From assembly GCA_027604505.1 (NCBI GenBank), contig JADIIX010000108.1:1-64000 (forward strand): a stretch of 64,000 nt of DNA, read 5' to 3'. This DNA comes from Gonapodya sp. JEL0774 (taxonomy: Eukaryota). A program made the translations under genes and the position numbers. This document shows, piece by piece, positions 10,839 to 24,000 of the stretch (positions are counted from its first letter, which is position 1; every line of letters begins with the position of its first letter). The notes under the pieces are model-generated. The model saw only the letters and a program-made list of their open reading frames with translations. It ran no database searches and was not told where the DNA came from.

Positions 10839-13107
10839 ATGAAGTATCTCGACGACGAAGTGATTGAGCGGATGAACGCCGCGATATCGTCTGTGGATGC
10901 AGGCGATCATCGGATTTACGGGCGGATCGAGTCGTATTCGTGTGAGTGCTCCCAGCTACAGAGCTCGCTTGGGGGGGAAGACGAGCGACTGCTAAATTTC
11001 GCTCCTCCCGTACGGCTCCACTGTCTCGCTAATGTGACCGTTGTGTGTGATGTCCTCACTGCTCTCTCCGCCTGTTTCTGGGTCTCGTTGACTCCCATTC
11101 ATTCAATGAACATCCGCACCCAACACGCCAGGCAAGACGACGCCCGACGACCGTTCTCTCAAGAAACACATCGAGTCTCGCTTTCCACTCAAATCTGACA
11201 GACCGGACCAAAACGCAAACACCACTTCCTCTCCTGTCACGAGCGCACTTTCACCGACGACCGCTCATACTGTCCTACCAAACTCACCGCTCCTGTCGCC
11301 GTCCTCTCCTGCGTTCCCGCCAACGCAAATCGCTTCTCCGGGCACAACTCCAACCTCCAACTCCTACCTCCTCGACCCGTCATCCGCCTTTCGCCTGCCG
11401 CCCTATTCCACTTCTTTCCCATCTTCGTGGGGTTCGCCCACGTCTACTCATTTCATGGAGCGTTTTGCCCCAGCATTCGCTGCAGGATCTGCCGGAACCA
11501 TTGAGCCAAAGGCAGAACCCATGACGGATGTGGACAGGGACCCCGTCCAGCGGAAGACATTTTTCTACCTGGTCGCCACGCTCAATGCGGCGTACCCAGA
11601 TTACGACTTCAGGTGGGTTCTCTTTCATTGCATGTACTTTTGCCATTTTGTTTGAAAGTGGCAGAAAGCCAGTATGTAGTGCAGTGGTCAAGTGGACATC
11701 TTTGTGGTGTCGAGCAGAGAGCAAGAGAGGGAGAATATCAGAAATGGCCGGAGAGCGATCGTTAGCGACTCATCCTTTCTGGTCCGTCCAATCTCATGCA
11801 TCCCATTCACCTTTACTCCTAGTGACGTGCCCCCCTCCACCTTCCTCCGCCTCCCTTCTGCCGCGAGGACCCGCAACTCCCTCCTCTCCTCATTTCCCCG
11901 CACAGTGCACGGCGTATCCCTCCTGGACGCTCTCTTCCGCGTCCTCGACGATGAAATCGACCTCGAAGGCTGCGAGGGGTTCCGGTACGAACCCGAGGGT
12001 ACCGAAGGCGATCCATATGGGGAATTGAGTGTGCTGTGAGTTGGTACGGTAGACATCTGGAGTTCGTTGTTTATGTGAAGCCGGTGTTCAAGCCCTTTGG
12101 AAGGCAGTGCCCCCCTTTGAATGACTTCCATCTTTTGGATTGGAGGGAAACGGGAATCTCGGAGGGCAACGTGATAAGCTCATACGAGCGGTTTTTTATC
12201 CAACGAGAGCCGGACCTGGGCCGCGTCTGACTTTGAAGTAGTGTGGATGATGGTGGTCTCATTGTTACGATTACCCGTCCAACTCCAAGCTGGTCCTTTC
12301 ACTACCTATTTTTCAATCGGCGTCTCCGAAGAGTTGTGTACGTCACTTTTAGAGCTTCCAGGTACGTTTGACGCTGTTTTAGTGTATTGGCATGTTGATC
12401 GCATGATCGCCCTTCCCTCTCGCACTCATGTCGACTATAATGTGTTTCTTGAAACATTCCACCTCATGTGGCGTACACTGTATGTCGTCAGTCCTCTCGC
12501 CCCTCCCACCACGCCGCCAGATACCCCCATGTTCGCCTCCTCCCCCTTCTCCCCGCCATCGTCCTCTCCCCCGTCCACCGACCAGACTAACCCGAGGTCC
12601 ACCAATCCGCCCGCCGATTCGGATGACGACTACGACCCCGAGTCAGTTCCCTTCCCCATCGAGATCGACATGGAGGAATGGGCCAAGGGAGATTGGAGAG
12701 CAAGGCTGGGTTTGGATGGGGAGGTTGGTGTGGTGGGGCAGAGTAATGGAGCGTCTGGATGGAGTGTCGGTTCTGGTGCCGCGCCTGTCAGCTCGAGCAG
12801 GTCGGTTACGGCAGGTTCAGGAATTGACGGACAACTGTCCCTGGTACAACCAGGTCTGTCACTCTCACCGACATGGTCAAATGGAGCGTCTGGCTCTAGT
12901 GCCGCACCACCGCGAAAGCGTCGTGTAAGTGAGGCGGGAATCCGGGACTCTTCGACCACGGACGGTTTTGGGGGCGGAGCTGTACGCGGTGGACGGCAAT
13001 TGGAAAAGACCGACGGGGGTGCACAAGCAAGACTGGGTGGGGTGGTCGCAGGTTCGACTGCCCTGAGTCCGGTGCGGAGGGGCAAGAGTGGCGCACTTGG
13101 TTTGTGA
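10839..13107 (+). CDS. MAF1: Repressor of RNA polymerase III transcription Maf1
   Basis: MKYLDDEVIERMN...IYGRIESYSC; RKTFFYLVATLNAAYPDYDF; LDDEIDLEGCEGFRYEP...DPYGE; WSFHYLFFNRRLRRVVY-type exon near 12290. Multi-exon. Confidence 0.93.
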
Positions 13108-13759
13108 CAAAGTAGGTGCTTGAACGATGAATGAGCACGTGCACTGGCGGGGTGCAATGTGACCAGTTTCCGAGACAGATCCATTGGTGATTGTTGGTAT
13201 TGTGAATATGTTTTGGATGCGGTGGTGTCTCATGTCCGTACTACTAGTTCCTTTTGAAGATGTCTTCTGTTCCTTTTCATTCTCTTTCACGAGTATGACT
13301 TAATTTGTTGTACGGTGTTGACTCTTGTATCAGTAGCATAATGAATACGTCGCATCACATTTTGTTCATTCCTGTGAAGCGATTTCGGGAAAAGTTGTGC
13401 ATGGATTACTTTGTGGAACTAGCACGAGCAACCGATCAAAATTCAACTCACCTCAATCTCCGGGAGCAAACACCTCTCGTTGATGGCGTCTATAAATCTG
13501 GAATCGGCGCCAAGGAGACAGTGTCCCAAACTCCCTCCCCATCAATACCGCTCTCAGCTCACCAGTGGACCATCCATCCTCTTGTGGACTCCCACCGCTC
13601 GGTTCCGCGACTGCTTGGGCCTGGTCGGACCGCTGGCAATGCGATGATCATGTGGTGTCCACAATACACTTGCGTCGCCGTCTTGGAATGTGTTATTACA
13701 CATTAGAACGTGTCATGCTCGAGGCGTGGACTCGCGGTCAGCCTTCGGTCTCGACTCGG

Positions 13760-14255
13760 GGAAGCCCGCCAGGCCCTGGTCCCACTTCCACCACGTACCC
13801 CACTTGTCCCAATGTCGGTCGTCGTCCCACCTCCGCCCTTGGTCCCACTCCTGCTTATTTCCACCCGCATTTGCGACGACCCGACACCAAAGCAGGTGGC
13901 TCATACGCGCAACGTGCCGGTGCAGAAGGTCCACAGAGACGTCGAAACGGAGCACTCTGAGGAGGGCGAGCTCCGCAGATACAAGGAAGTCGCGGAGTGT
14001 GTGGTAGGTCTAATGAATAGCTCGAAACGTCAACCGGCGTGAGGTGCGGGGTGAAAGAAGGTGTGTTCATCGATCGATCATGGTACGAGCCTGCCGCGAC
14101 ACTCAATTAATGTTGCCCCGTATTTTTCACTTGTGAATCTACCAGAGAAGAGAGCAAAGTAAGTCCGATCCGGGTGGAGTGATTGTAATAAATAGCATAA
14201 TGCACTTGGTTGGTACTTTCGGATATCAGAGATACTTTGCTGGTTTGGATCCAGG
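13760..14255 (-). pseudogene. Inverted partial copy of the cyclin Q-like locus (intron end + exon 3 fragment, plus upstream flank)
   Basis: The reverse complement of ~13760-14087 matches ~9328-9690. The reverse complement of ~14120-14255 matches ~8285-8412. Confidence 0.85.
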
Positions 14256-14331
14256 GTTTTTTTATGTACATAGTTCAATTCCAATAAGACGACCAAGTGC
14301 AATTGCACGGAAGATTGCGACACAAAATCAA

Positions 14332-17066
14332 TCAGGCAGATATTCCACCAACAGAATCTTTCTGCATGTCCAACCGAAGCTTCTCTTGTTCTAGCTCTCC
14401 GGCTTCCTCCAAAGTAATGTGCACCTTGGGTCCGACGAACCATTTTTTGGCGCTTACACTACAAGGGGGGAACGTAATTTGAAGCATCTGTCACTCAGCT
14501 ATTGGACGAGATTTTGTACTCACAACCAGTAAACTGTGATCAGAATGGTGAAGCCAACCAGCATGATCTGAAAGGTAATAGTAGGTAGTTTAGACTGACG
14601 AAAACGTTGTCGCATTTACCATGTACAAGTGGGCTTACAGGAGAGTAGTTCAAGTTTTGAGCGGTAACTGGCATAGTCTGAATGGAAGTTGGCGAAATGA
14701 GCTTGGAGATGTCGAAATCATTCCGCGATGTTTAACTTCACCTGAGGAATACTAAGAATGGCAACAACGTAGAACATCCACACGACTGATATCACGTTGA
14801 TAGGGATAGAGAGTCTTCCCAGGTCTTACAGATGGAAGTGTGAAGTGTCAGGACTTCATTGATCAGAAAATGGATACACGTACTGAAGAAACTCTGCTTG
14901 AACGTATCACGAGCCCAGAGAAGTTTGCAAATCGTTGGAATAGTGTATGCAATGTTAGCGCCAATCTGCAAAGGTGCGGCAGAGAAATGCTTTGAAAACT
15001 TTGATATGTCCTCTTGGCTTAGAAACACGCACCGTGGAAAAGGCAGAGAAAGCACTGATCGCGACAGAGGACCCGAAGTTCACCAAAAGAAGCAAACATG
15101 TGATTAAAGTTATGAACCAGACCGCTCGGAGGGGTTGTTGGGTTTTGGGGTGCACCTACACGATAGTGTGATTTGCTTAGGGATGACTCCATGCACCACG
15201 GTGCTATGAAACGTGGGTACTTACCGAGTGGAAGTATTTTGGGATCGCCCCGTCCCGAGCCCATGCGTCTTCCAGTGGGGACAATGAGTAAGCGGGATGC
15301 AAGTTAGACAACTCAGAAGGGAAAACTCACATAGTGCCCTAGATTCACCGTTTACTGCGGTCTGATTGTTCCAGATGAATTGCATAATCATCATCACGGT
15401 TCTATTTACAGGTTTGGTCGGGGCATTAAATCTATTGAGCACGGTGGGATTGCTTTTCATTATCTCAGAGAACTTACAGGAAAATGGTCGCCCACTTGCT
15501 GCCACCTGTTCCCTATAATCAGAGGAAATGCGCAATGAACCAAGACGGTTTTGCTCATCTCGAATCTGTGACGCACCTGCTCAAATGCACAAACCATTGG
15601 TTGGGCGTATCTACATTCGAGGACCGCCTCAACATCGGGCACCGTGAACACAAGAATCAAGACAAATGCGTATCCAAGGACCTGCGACGCCGCAAGGGCA
15701 AACACAATGGATCGCGCGGGTGTTACTGATGCATCGACTGTTTCTTCGGAAAGGTGGGCGGACATGTCGTATCCTGAATATCATGTGAGCAGTGTGAGTT
15801 ATCGCGCAAATGTTGTGGAGTAAACGTATATCTGCGCCGCCCCTCACCCCAGAAGACCCAAATTGGCATAAGAAGACCCAGTTGCGTGACGGTTGCGGGA
15901 TTGTCCCAGCCCGTGCCGTCAATATACGCTCCGACTGTTGTAAAAAAAGGATAAGGAACAAGCTTCGTGGCTCTGTACGAGCGGTGATTACTTACATGTT
16001 TCGGCTACGGTGGCTTTTACGGGAGACATGACCAGCATCGGAATGCCAATCACAAAAGCTCCAGACGCAACTGAAGAGAATCGGAGAGATGCGGTTAGTT
16101 TCGCCACGACTGTAGATGCTGTACCAGAGGTCTCACCTCCAACCAAAACAACGTAAGTGGAATAACGGAGAAAACGTTCGCCCAGAGAGTTCTACCACAC
16201 CGCAATAAAATGAGAGTCGTGAACCGTTGGAAGAGGCAACGGCGTCAAACTGACTGTGATTGCACCAGAAAGAGCAAATGCGACTCCGATAGCGTAGACA
16301 AAGCCGGTACTTGGTACGAAGTCCGGGTCGCTGATTTGAATCAAGGAAGCCTGATCACAATATTTCATCATTGCGGTGCTCTCAAGTTGCTACAAACGGT
16401 TTTACTCACTATAAAGGATGCAGTGCTTAGGGCGACGGATGCTCCACTGACGATCAGGCTGCAGATGTTATACCACCCAGTGATCCACGCCATCCAGGGA
16501 GCCCATTCGGGGGGAGATAACTTTGCACTCCAGTAGTAAAGACCTCCAGCAGTCTGTTACGACAGTGCAAAATCGAAACAAACAACGTGGACAGAAATAT
16601 ATGTACGAGCACTCACAGGGTAGGTACTGCAGATTTCAGCCATTGAAAGCGCTGTCGTCATGCAGAATACGGCTACAATTGGCTGGAAATGCCGAGGACA
16701 TAATGGTCACGAAATCCACCCAAGCAATAACAATGACGCAATCCGGTAACTTACCCATCCGATCAGCATAACCTGCGGTCCCCCCGTGGTGGAGGCGTAC
16801 GTGTAGAGTGTCGCCACGGAGCAAACGTACCCCATGAATCCGAGTGAGGTTCCCATGTTGAGGCTTAATAACGCGCTTTTCAGCCGCCATGCCTCACAGT
16901 GTTTGAAAGAGACAGTCTCACAGAAAACCCCATGATCTCTTGAGCTCCTGCCTGTAGCCCAGTTTCGCAAGCGCAACCTCGTCTATAGCGCAGTCTGCTT
17001 GAGCTTTATCACGCGGTTGATGTGTGATCCACACTCACCTGCTTTTACTTTGTCACCCTTCGACAT
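14332..17066 (-). CDS. APC-family amino acid/GABA/choline permease (many exons)
   Basis: SLNMGTSLGFMGYVCSVATLYTYASTTGGPQVMLIGW; GYDMSAHLSEETVDASVTPARSIV; C-terminal SAKKWFVGPKVHI...ISA* with stop at 14332. Confidence 0.85.
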
Positions 17067-17751
17067 AACGCAGGTCGGTCGGTTGCGAGATGGACGTACA
17101 GAGTGGAGGAGACCGCTCCCCATTATAAAGCTCTCCCAGCACCGGCGGAGTTTGCCGGGCCTCGATCAGGCGTTCGGACCGTCGAGGTCGGCCCGCCCTC
17201 CCCTATTACGATTGCCTCTCCAACCTGCCTTCTACATTTCTTGAAATTCAGTTGTTGCAAATGAAAGACGAGGCAGGGGGTGTGACCAAGGCGGTGTCTG
17301 AGGTGAAGACGTGAGGAAAGACGAGGTAGTGGGAAGAGCGAGAATCCGGAGGATAAGTGGCAGTTGGCTGCCTTATAAGTGACATGGGTGAAGAAGCGGA
17401 GAATAGAGGTTGGGGAAAGTGAGACAGATGTAATAGAAGCATGTGATAAATGCTGGTGGTGATCCAAATGTGATCACCGGAGACGACTATTGTTGTGCGT
17501 TTTGGAAGACAGAACTAATAGATCCTAAGCACGCAAAATATGACCAAGTTAGAGTACCATGAGCCGTGCGGGCAAGTAAACAGCTCGCTCTTCGCAGAAT
17601 GCACTGGTGTACTCACCGGTTCCCGCCAAATGAAGGAGCTTCAACGGCGAAATCGCCCGTGGATGCACCGAAAGGAAGGCAAAGAAAAGCATCAGAATGT
17701 CTTTTCTTGTGGAATTAATGAGAAACTGTCGATGTCTCGAGGGTCTCGCGT

Positions 17752-20311
17752 TTGCGCGGTTTGTTGTGGCAATTGTCGGTAAAACCCACTGACCCCACTG
17801 GTCCTTCTGTCTTCAACAACAAGCCAACACCAATTGGCGCCGATGCCACACGAACACGCCCGGAATCCTTCAATGTCCGATTCATTGATCCCGCTGCCAA
17901 CGCCGCTGCCCAAACCAGCGGGGCAACTTCCGGAGCCGTCGGACAAGGAGTTCAAAGGCGAACTGCAGGACCCGTTGCAGTTGGGAATTTGGTGAGCATC
18001 GGCGACATCGAAACTAAAACTGGATATTTCATGTTGATTGTCGGCGATGGATAGTGGGATGACAAGTGCGGGCGAATCTACGGACGTTGATGATTTGGAA
18101 GTTTCTCCCAGACGTTTTGCGTGATTTTGGAACTTGGAACGGGGAGCTGGAGCTCACACGGTCACCTATTTTGCGAAGAATTTTTGTGTTCCAGGCCTTG
18201 GCGGCTTGAATAGTGGGTATTGCACTTGCAGGACTACGGACAGGTTCACGGTGGCAGGAGCGGAATCCGACAATTTTCGCGATATTTCTTCGTTGCAAAA
18301 TTTTATTTGCATTACTCAAAAAATGGCATTGAGCTGGTCCAACTGTCTGTGGACGTGCTACATCCATGGCTGATCCTCACGGCCTTCGCCCACTGCCCAC
18401 TCCCCACGAAGGCACCACGAAAACCTCCGCCTTCCCGCCTCGGCCTACTTTTTCTCCATCTCCGCGTCACAGGGGAACCCACTCGGTCTCATCCTATATG
18501 GCCTCTCCCTCCGCCATGGCTGGGGAGTCAAACAGGACCCCGTGCTCGGATTCAAGTGCTTCCAACTCGCTGCAAAGAGCGCCGTATGGGAATTGGAAGA
18601 GGGAATCGGGCACGGTGGTGGTATTGGTGGAGCTGGTGGGGCTGCATCAGGAGCGGGCACCGGTATATCAGGAACAACGACTACATATGGTTCACACATT
18701 ACCACCACCAATCCGTCTCCCACTCCACTCACCAACCCCGCCCTTGCCCGTGTCGGTGTAAGCCCTAACGCCCACCCCCCTCTCATAACCCGTCAGTCCA
18801 CCACAGACACGGCCCTCGAAACCCTCATCCACGACACGTTCGAACCTGCCGTATCTTCCTCTATGTTCACGTCTGGCGGGAAAGTCGCCGCACCTGATTT
18901 TTCTGGCGCAGCAGGCGCAGTTCCCGCCGCGGACGACAGTTCATCCACATCATCTCTGTCCTTGGAACACCAATCGGGTACCTCCAAGGTTCTCTCCCTC
19001 CTCGGCATCCACAAACGCAGACCAAGTTCAAGTTCCTCGACTGACTCACGAACACCGAGCTATGCGGGCTCTCTGTCAAATCTCACCCAACCGCCTGTTC
19101 AGTCCACACCACCAGTTGCACCACAGACCGCTCCTCTACTCCCGACCATCGAAGCCATTCAAAACCGCTCATCCGGTGCAACCGCCACCGGTTCCCAACC
19201 TGCAGGATCTGACTTTATCGCCCCGCCCCGCCGCGCGTCCATCTCCGCCCCGTATGTCCCTACTCAAGGTTCCGCCGCACCAGCGTACCCTGTTCAACCC
19301 GTACCGACTCCACCGGTCGACTCTGCCAATCCGACTCCCATCCCGGACGTTGAACCACCAGTTTTTGTCCCCACACCCCGCGGCTCGTCTCGTCTCGCCG
19401 TCTTGTCCCAGCCCGACCCCACCACCGCCGCAGCCGGCTCTGACATCTCTGCGGATCCCTTGTCCCCTATATCCCCCGTCTCTCCCACACCTGCCGTGGA
19501 CTCTGATCTCACATTCACCTACCCACAGCCCTCCACCACGTCAAGCTCTGCCTCCCTCCCGACCGACCAAGACCCCGGTCCCGTACGACCGCCCCGACAA
19601 CCCACGGGTCCCGTCCTCGTCGACGAGACGAGCGGACCCGTCATGACGCTTTCCCGCAAACGACCTGCCGGTGGCGCTGGAGCTCCCTCAGACACCACCA
19701 ACGAAGCGTCGACCGACGAAGCAGGGGAACAAAGCGCGGCGTTTACCAAGACAGGTGGGGAGCAAGAACCAGTGGCGGCACTCAAGCAGATCGCGTCGCA
19801 GCAGTTGGTGTTGGCCATTTTTGAGATGGGGCAGGTGAGTTCGCCACTCGCCCGTTCAGACAGATCCTGCTTTAGCGGGGTATCGTGGAATGATCCCTAC
19901 CCTCTACCCTCGTCGTGTCCATCTCGGTCCCTGATACTTGTGCCACCATGACTGACCGCCCTTCCTCCCCTTCACCTCCGACCCTAGTCATTCGCCTACG
20001 GATGGGGCACCCCGCCGAACCCCTCCCTCGCCCTCCACTACTATACCCTTGCCTCCAAACTCGGCGACGCCAGCGCCATGGAATGCCTCGGTGATGCCTG
20101 TATGCGCGGTGACCTAGGTCTCAAGCGGGACAAGTACACCGCCGCGCAGTGGTACAAGCGGGCCATCAAGGCCGGCGGGATGAAGAACGTGCCTGGGATG
20201 GAGTGGGTGTGGAAGGAGAAGTACGAGGAGGGGGCAAGAGAGGGGCAGCAGGGGAAGAAAGGGTTTGGGGGGTTTCAGTGGAAGAAGCCGGAATGGATGG
20301 GAGCAAAGTGA
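17752..20311 (+). CDS. Sel1-repeat protein, Nif1/Dsf2-like (start uncertain)
   Basis: GNPLGLILYGLSLRHGWGVKQDPVLGFKCFQLAA; LAIFEMGQ|SFAYGWGTPPNPSLALHYYTLASKLGDASAMECLG...KRDKYTAAQWYKRA...WVWKEKY. Confidence 0.75.
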
Positions 20312-21042
20312 GGGGCAAGACGGTTAGGTCACGGACAGGGAAGGAACAACACGCTCGCTGTGGCGTGACGGAGTATCATGAAAGGGCGTAATCGGTGATC
20401 ACCCACGTTCGAGCTTTGCTCCTTCTTGGAGTCTTTTTGGACAGGCCTAACCGGTCGCCTATGTTCATGGAGCTTCGCCGCTCTCGGAGTTCTTTCGGGC
20501 ATGTTATCGAGCGACCACTTCGGATCTTTGACTGTTGGAAGTCGTTTGTATGGCCGAAATTCGCGGTTTGATCTGGTATGATCCACGATTGTCCACGATG
20601 ACGCGCACTTTGCGGTCTAGTCCATGTTTGAACGTCGAACCGTTAGTGCGCTGCTCACTTGAATGCGAAGTGGTTGTCTCTGGTTGTCTTTTGATTGTCT
20701 TTTAGTTTTAAAGGCAGGTAGATTTGGACATTGAAAACGCACTAAATGTGAAATCTTTTGTTCGCATATGTCCTGTGGTACGGTCGCGAAAAGAGAAACA
20801 TCTTCTTGGCGCCGATTGATCCCCGTTTTGCTTTTGAATTCAATACATACTATGACATCGGATTCGCGGATCTCAACGGTCAAGCCGCGTGAGCCACGAG
20901 AGTCAAACTATGTGAACATAACAAGATTATAGAACGCGAACAGCATTCGGGGTATATATAATATAATATTTATAAAAACAAGAGTTGCAACAGCCCCATA
21001 AGAGGCGAAACAGCCTCCCCCAACTTCTAGATCGACACCCCC

Positions 21043-24000
21043 CTAAGCCGCCCTCGGCCACAGCTGACCCCACTCCATCCATACCAACACGCTAGCGCCT
21101 CTTTCCAGCCCATGAAATGACCTCACACGCCTTCCCACCTCATCCATCCACCGAGGGAGCAATCGGGGCATCATCAGAAGACAAATCCCGACCAGCTCCC
21201 ACGGCTTCAGTCTTGGCGGTCGTAAGCGGTGTTACTAAAGATAAGGCGTGTCAGAAAACTGGGATTGCTCCAGACAAAGTGGTCATTGAACACTTACGCC
21301 AACCTCCTCTCAGTGCCATGTCCAGCGGGAGCCGCGGAGACATTTCCGCATGGAAACTTCTGCATACTCCCCGGGTCCGACTTAAGCAACGTCAATTGGA
21401 AGAAATGAAGGGGATAAAGAGTAAATGAATCGTACTGTTCCTGGTTGAGCTGGTATCCAAGACTTCGACTCACTGTTTTGCTTACTGGACTCCTGACATC
21501 GGCTGAAGCCCGCGCGAAATACTTCTCACAATCAAATGGACCGCCCCACCCCTCTCCCCATGTTGGAAGCCGGGGGTCCAGCTGCGCATCTCGTGCATCA
21601 TGCGCATCCCTTCCGCCCGTGCCAATGGATCCTCCTTCCTTTGGTGCATTCGGATCTACACTCGGTTGCATCCCAGTGCAACTTCGAGCCGCTGCTTTTG
21701 TTGCTACTTCGAGCTGTCGTGAGAACCTGAGTGTTGGTTTGCGACTGCCCCACGATTGAGCCGGTGGAGGGATCTGTCCTGACACGGGAGTGATGCCGTT
21801 GGTGGATGGTTCTTCATGAATTTTGGTAGATCCAGTCACCAGTGTACTTTGTGAGCTTGAGCATGAGGCGTTTGTAGAGCTGTCCACGAGTGAAAAAGCC
21901 ACTATGATGAGAGCCAATGCGTAATATCACAGGAAAGTCAGCAAGTCTGCAAATAGAAATTGCAAATGAGCTGTGAGTGGATTACTCACCGGTTGTCGGC
22001 CCAGATGTACTGCTATGCTCTGATTTCTTCCCGCCAGCCCTATCTCGACGCACCACCATTCGCTGCTCCTGTTCCTTTTTCCAATTGCGCACATCCTCTT
22101 TCGATGGGAGCGATGAACCGGTCCTCTGCAACCGGGATTTGAGAAGAGAGATGTACATACTATCTTCTTCATGTTGCGTTAGAAGACTTCTGCAAAGAGA
22201 AATGCATTTGTAAACCAGGTGAACTGCAAAAAGGGACGTCCAGACACCTACTCGATACGCTTCATGTGTGTAAGATCATAAGATTGCGATGTTTCACCGC
22301 AAATGTGAGATTGCATGACCGGAGCATTCGAAACCTTTGATAGTTAAATCATAAATTCACGAACCTGCGTGAAATTTTGAGTTGGGACGGTCCAACTCAC
22401 CATTTCAGTCGCTTCGTTATCCTTTCCCAATTGTGTTGTTTCGTGCAGTTTTTCCTGGAGTGCATCACTTTTCGAACGCTCGTCAGCGAGTTGTGTTTCT
22501 GCTTCGAGCAGTTCCGTCGTCGCCACCTCAATCTTCAATTTCAACTGAGCTACCATGTGCTGTAGCTCTTGGCATTCGGTGGCGCGCGCTTTACTTTCCA
22601 AACTCAACACGTCGAATTCTCTGACGGTTACCTCCAATGCAAAAGCCTTTGCCTGCCACATTGCGAGCTCGTATGCTTGTTCATGTGAATTCTGCTGTTT
22701 CCTTAATATTTCCTCCTTAAGGTCATCGAGCTGACTGGCTGTTGAATTCAAGACCGTGGCAATGCTACCGGAAAGATCGGTCTTGATTTGCTCATGCTCG
22801 GATAAGAGGGTTCGGAGTTTTGACTGACAGATAGTAAAAGAGTAAGACCTGACTCAATTCAAGAAATGTTCCCGCATTAATTTCAAGCACTCACATCCGA
22901 AATATGTACATCCTCTACGTGTTTTTGAAGGCACTCGTTATCCTCTTGAGCTTTCTTCAGAGCAATGTGGAACTCTTCGCACTTTTGGTCGGCCACGACT
23001 TTTGCGCCCCGTTCCCGCTCGCAGGCCAGCGATAAGTTATCAAATTTCAGTATCACGGCCACCAAAAGAGATTCAAGATTGCGCATGCGAATCTGGTAAT
23101 CCAAGGAATATCACGTGATGTGTTTCCGTGAATGAAGCTGTGGCAACTCACCTTATGTTGTTGGGTTTCTTCTTCTGCGATGCGTGTTCGTTCTTTGAGC
23201 CGATTGATCTCGCTGTCGTTGCGGAATTTCTCGGCGGTGAGATTCTCCGCTTGCAACGACGCAATATGAGCGGTTGCGAGTTGAGTGGAAAGTGAGGTGA
23301 TTTCCCTAGAGCGCGCCTCGAGCGTTGAAGCCATGGATTGGATCTCAACACGAGCTTCTCCAAGTTCGTCCGTGAGACGATCCGTCTCGTTTCTCGATGC
23401 GGGAAGAGATGTTTCAGCCTAAAATACGTTTGATAATGATGATTTTAACAGTCAGTTCACGTCTTGCACTGCGGTCGCGACCCTTGAATACCCACGTTGG
23501 GAGGAGCCTCGAGTATTTTCTTTCCCCCCTCTATGCTCTCCTTCAAGTCCAGCAGTTCATTTTCAGCGCATCTACGCATCATCTCAGCTTCGGTTAGACG
23601 GAGTTGGTAGTCTCGCCGCGCATCCTCGTGGAACCGGATCTTTAAAACAAAAATGGGTGAAGAAGCACTTTGATAGAAGAACAGAAGAAACACAAACTGA
23701 CCTCTTCGACAAGCTGCTCTGTCCTCAGTTCTGTATTTGCAAGGATGCATTGCAGGTTTGCGAGGTCGGCCAACAACACATTGCCGTATTTATCAAACCA
23801 CTCGTTCATCTCGAAGGTTTGCGTAGATTCTTGTCCAATTTTCTTCGGCGACTTGACAAACAACTGGTGGCGTTCATCTATGAGTTCCGCTATCATCACT
23901 CCCTTCTTTTCTTCGGTATCGAACCAGGGCTGTCTGTACTCGGCACGCTGTTCTCTTGCATCTATGAGCATCTTGTCAGTTTCCTTTCTGAAGTGCTGTT

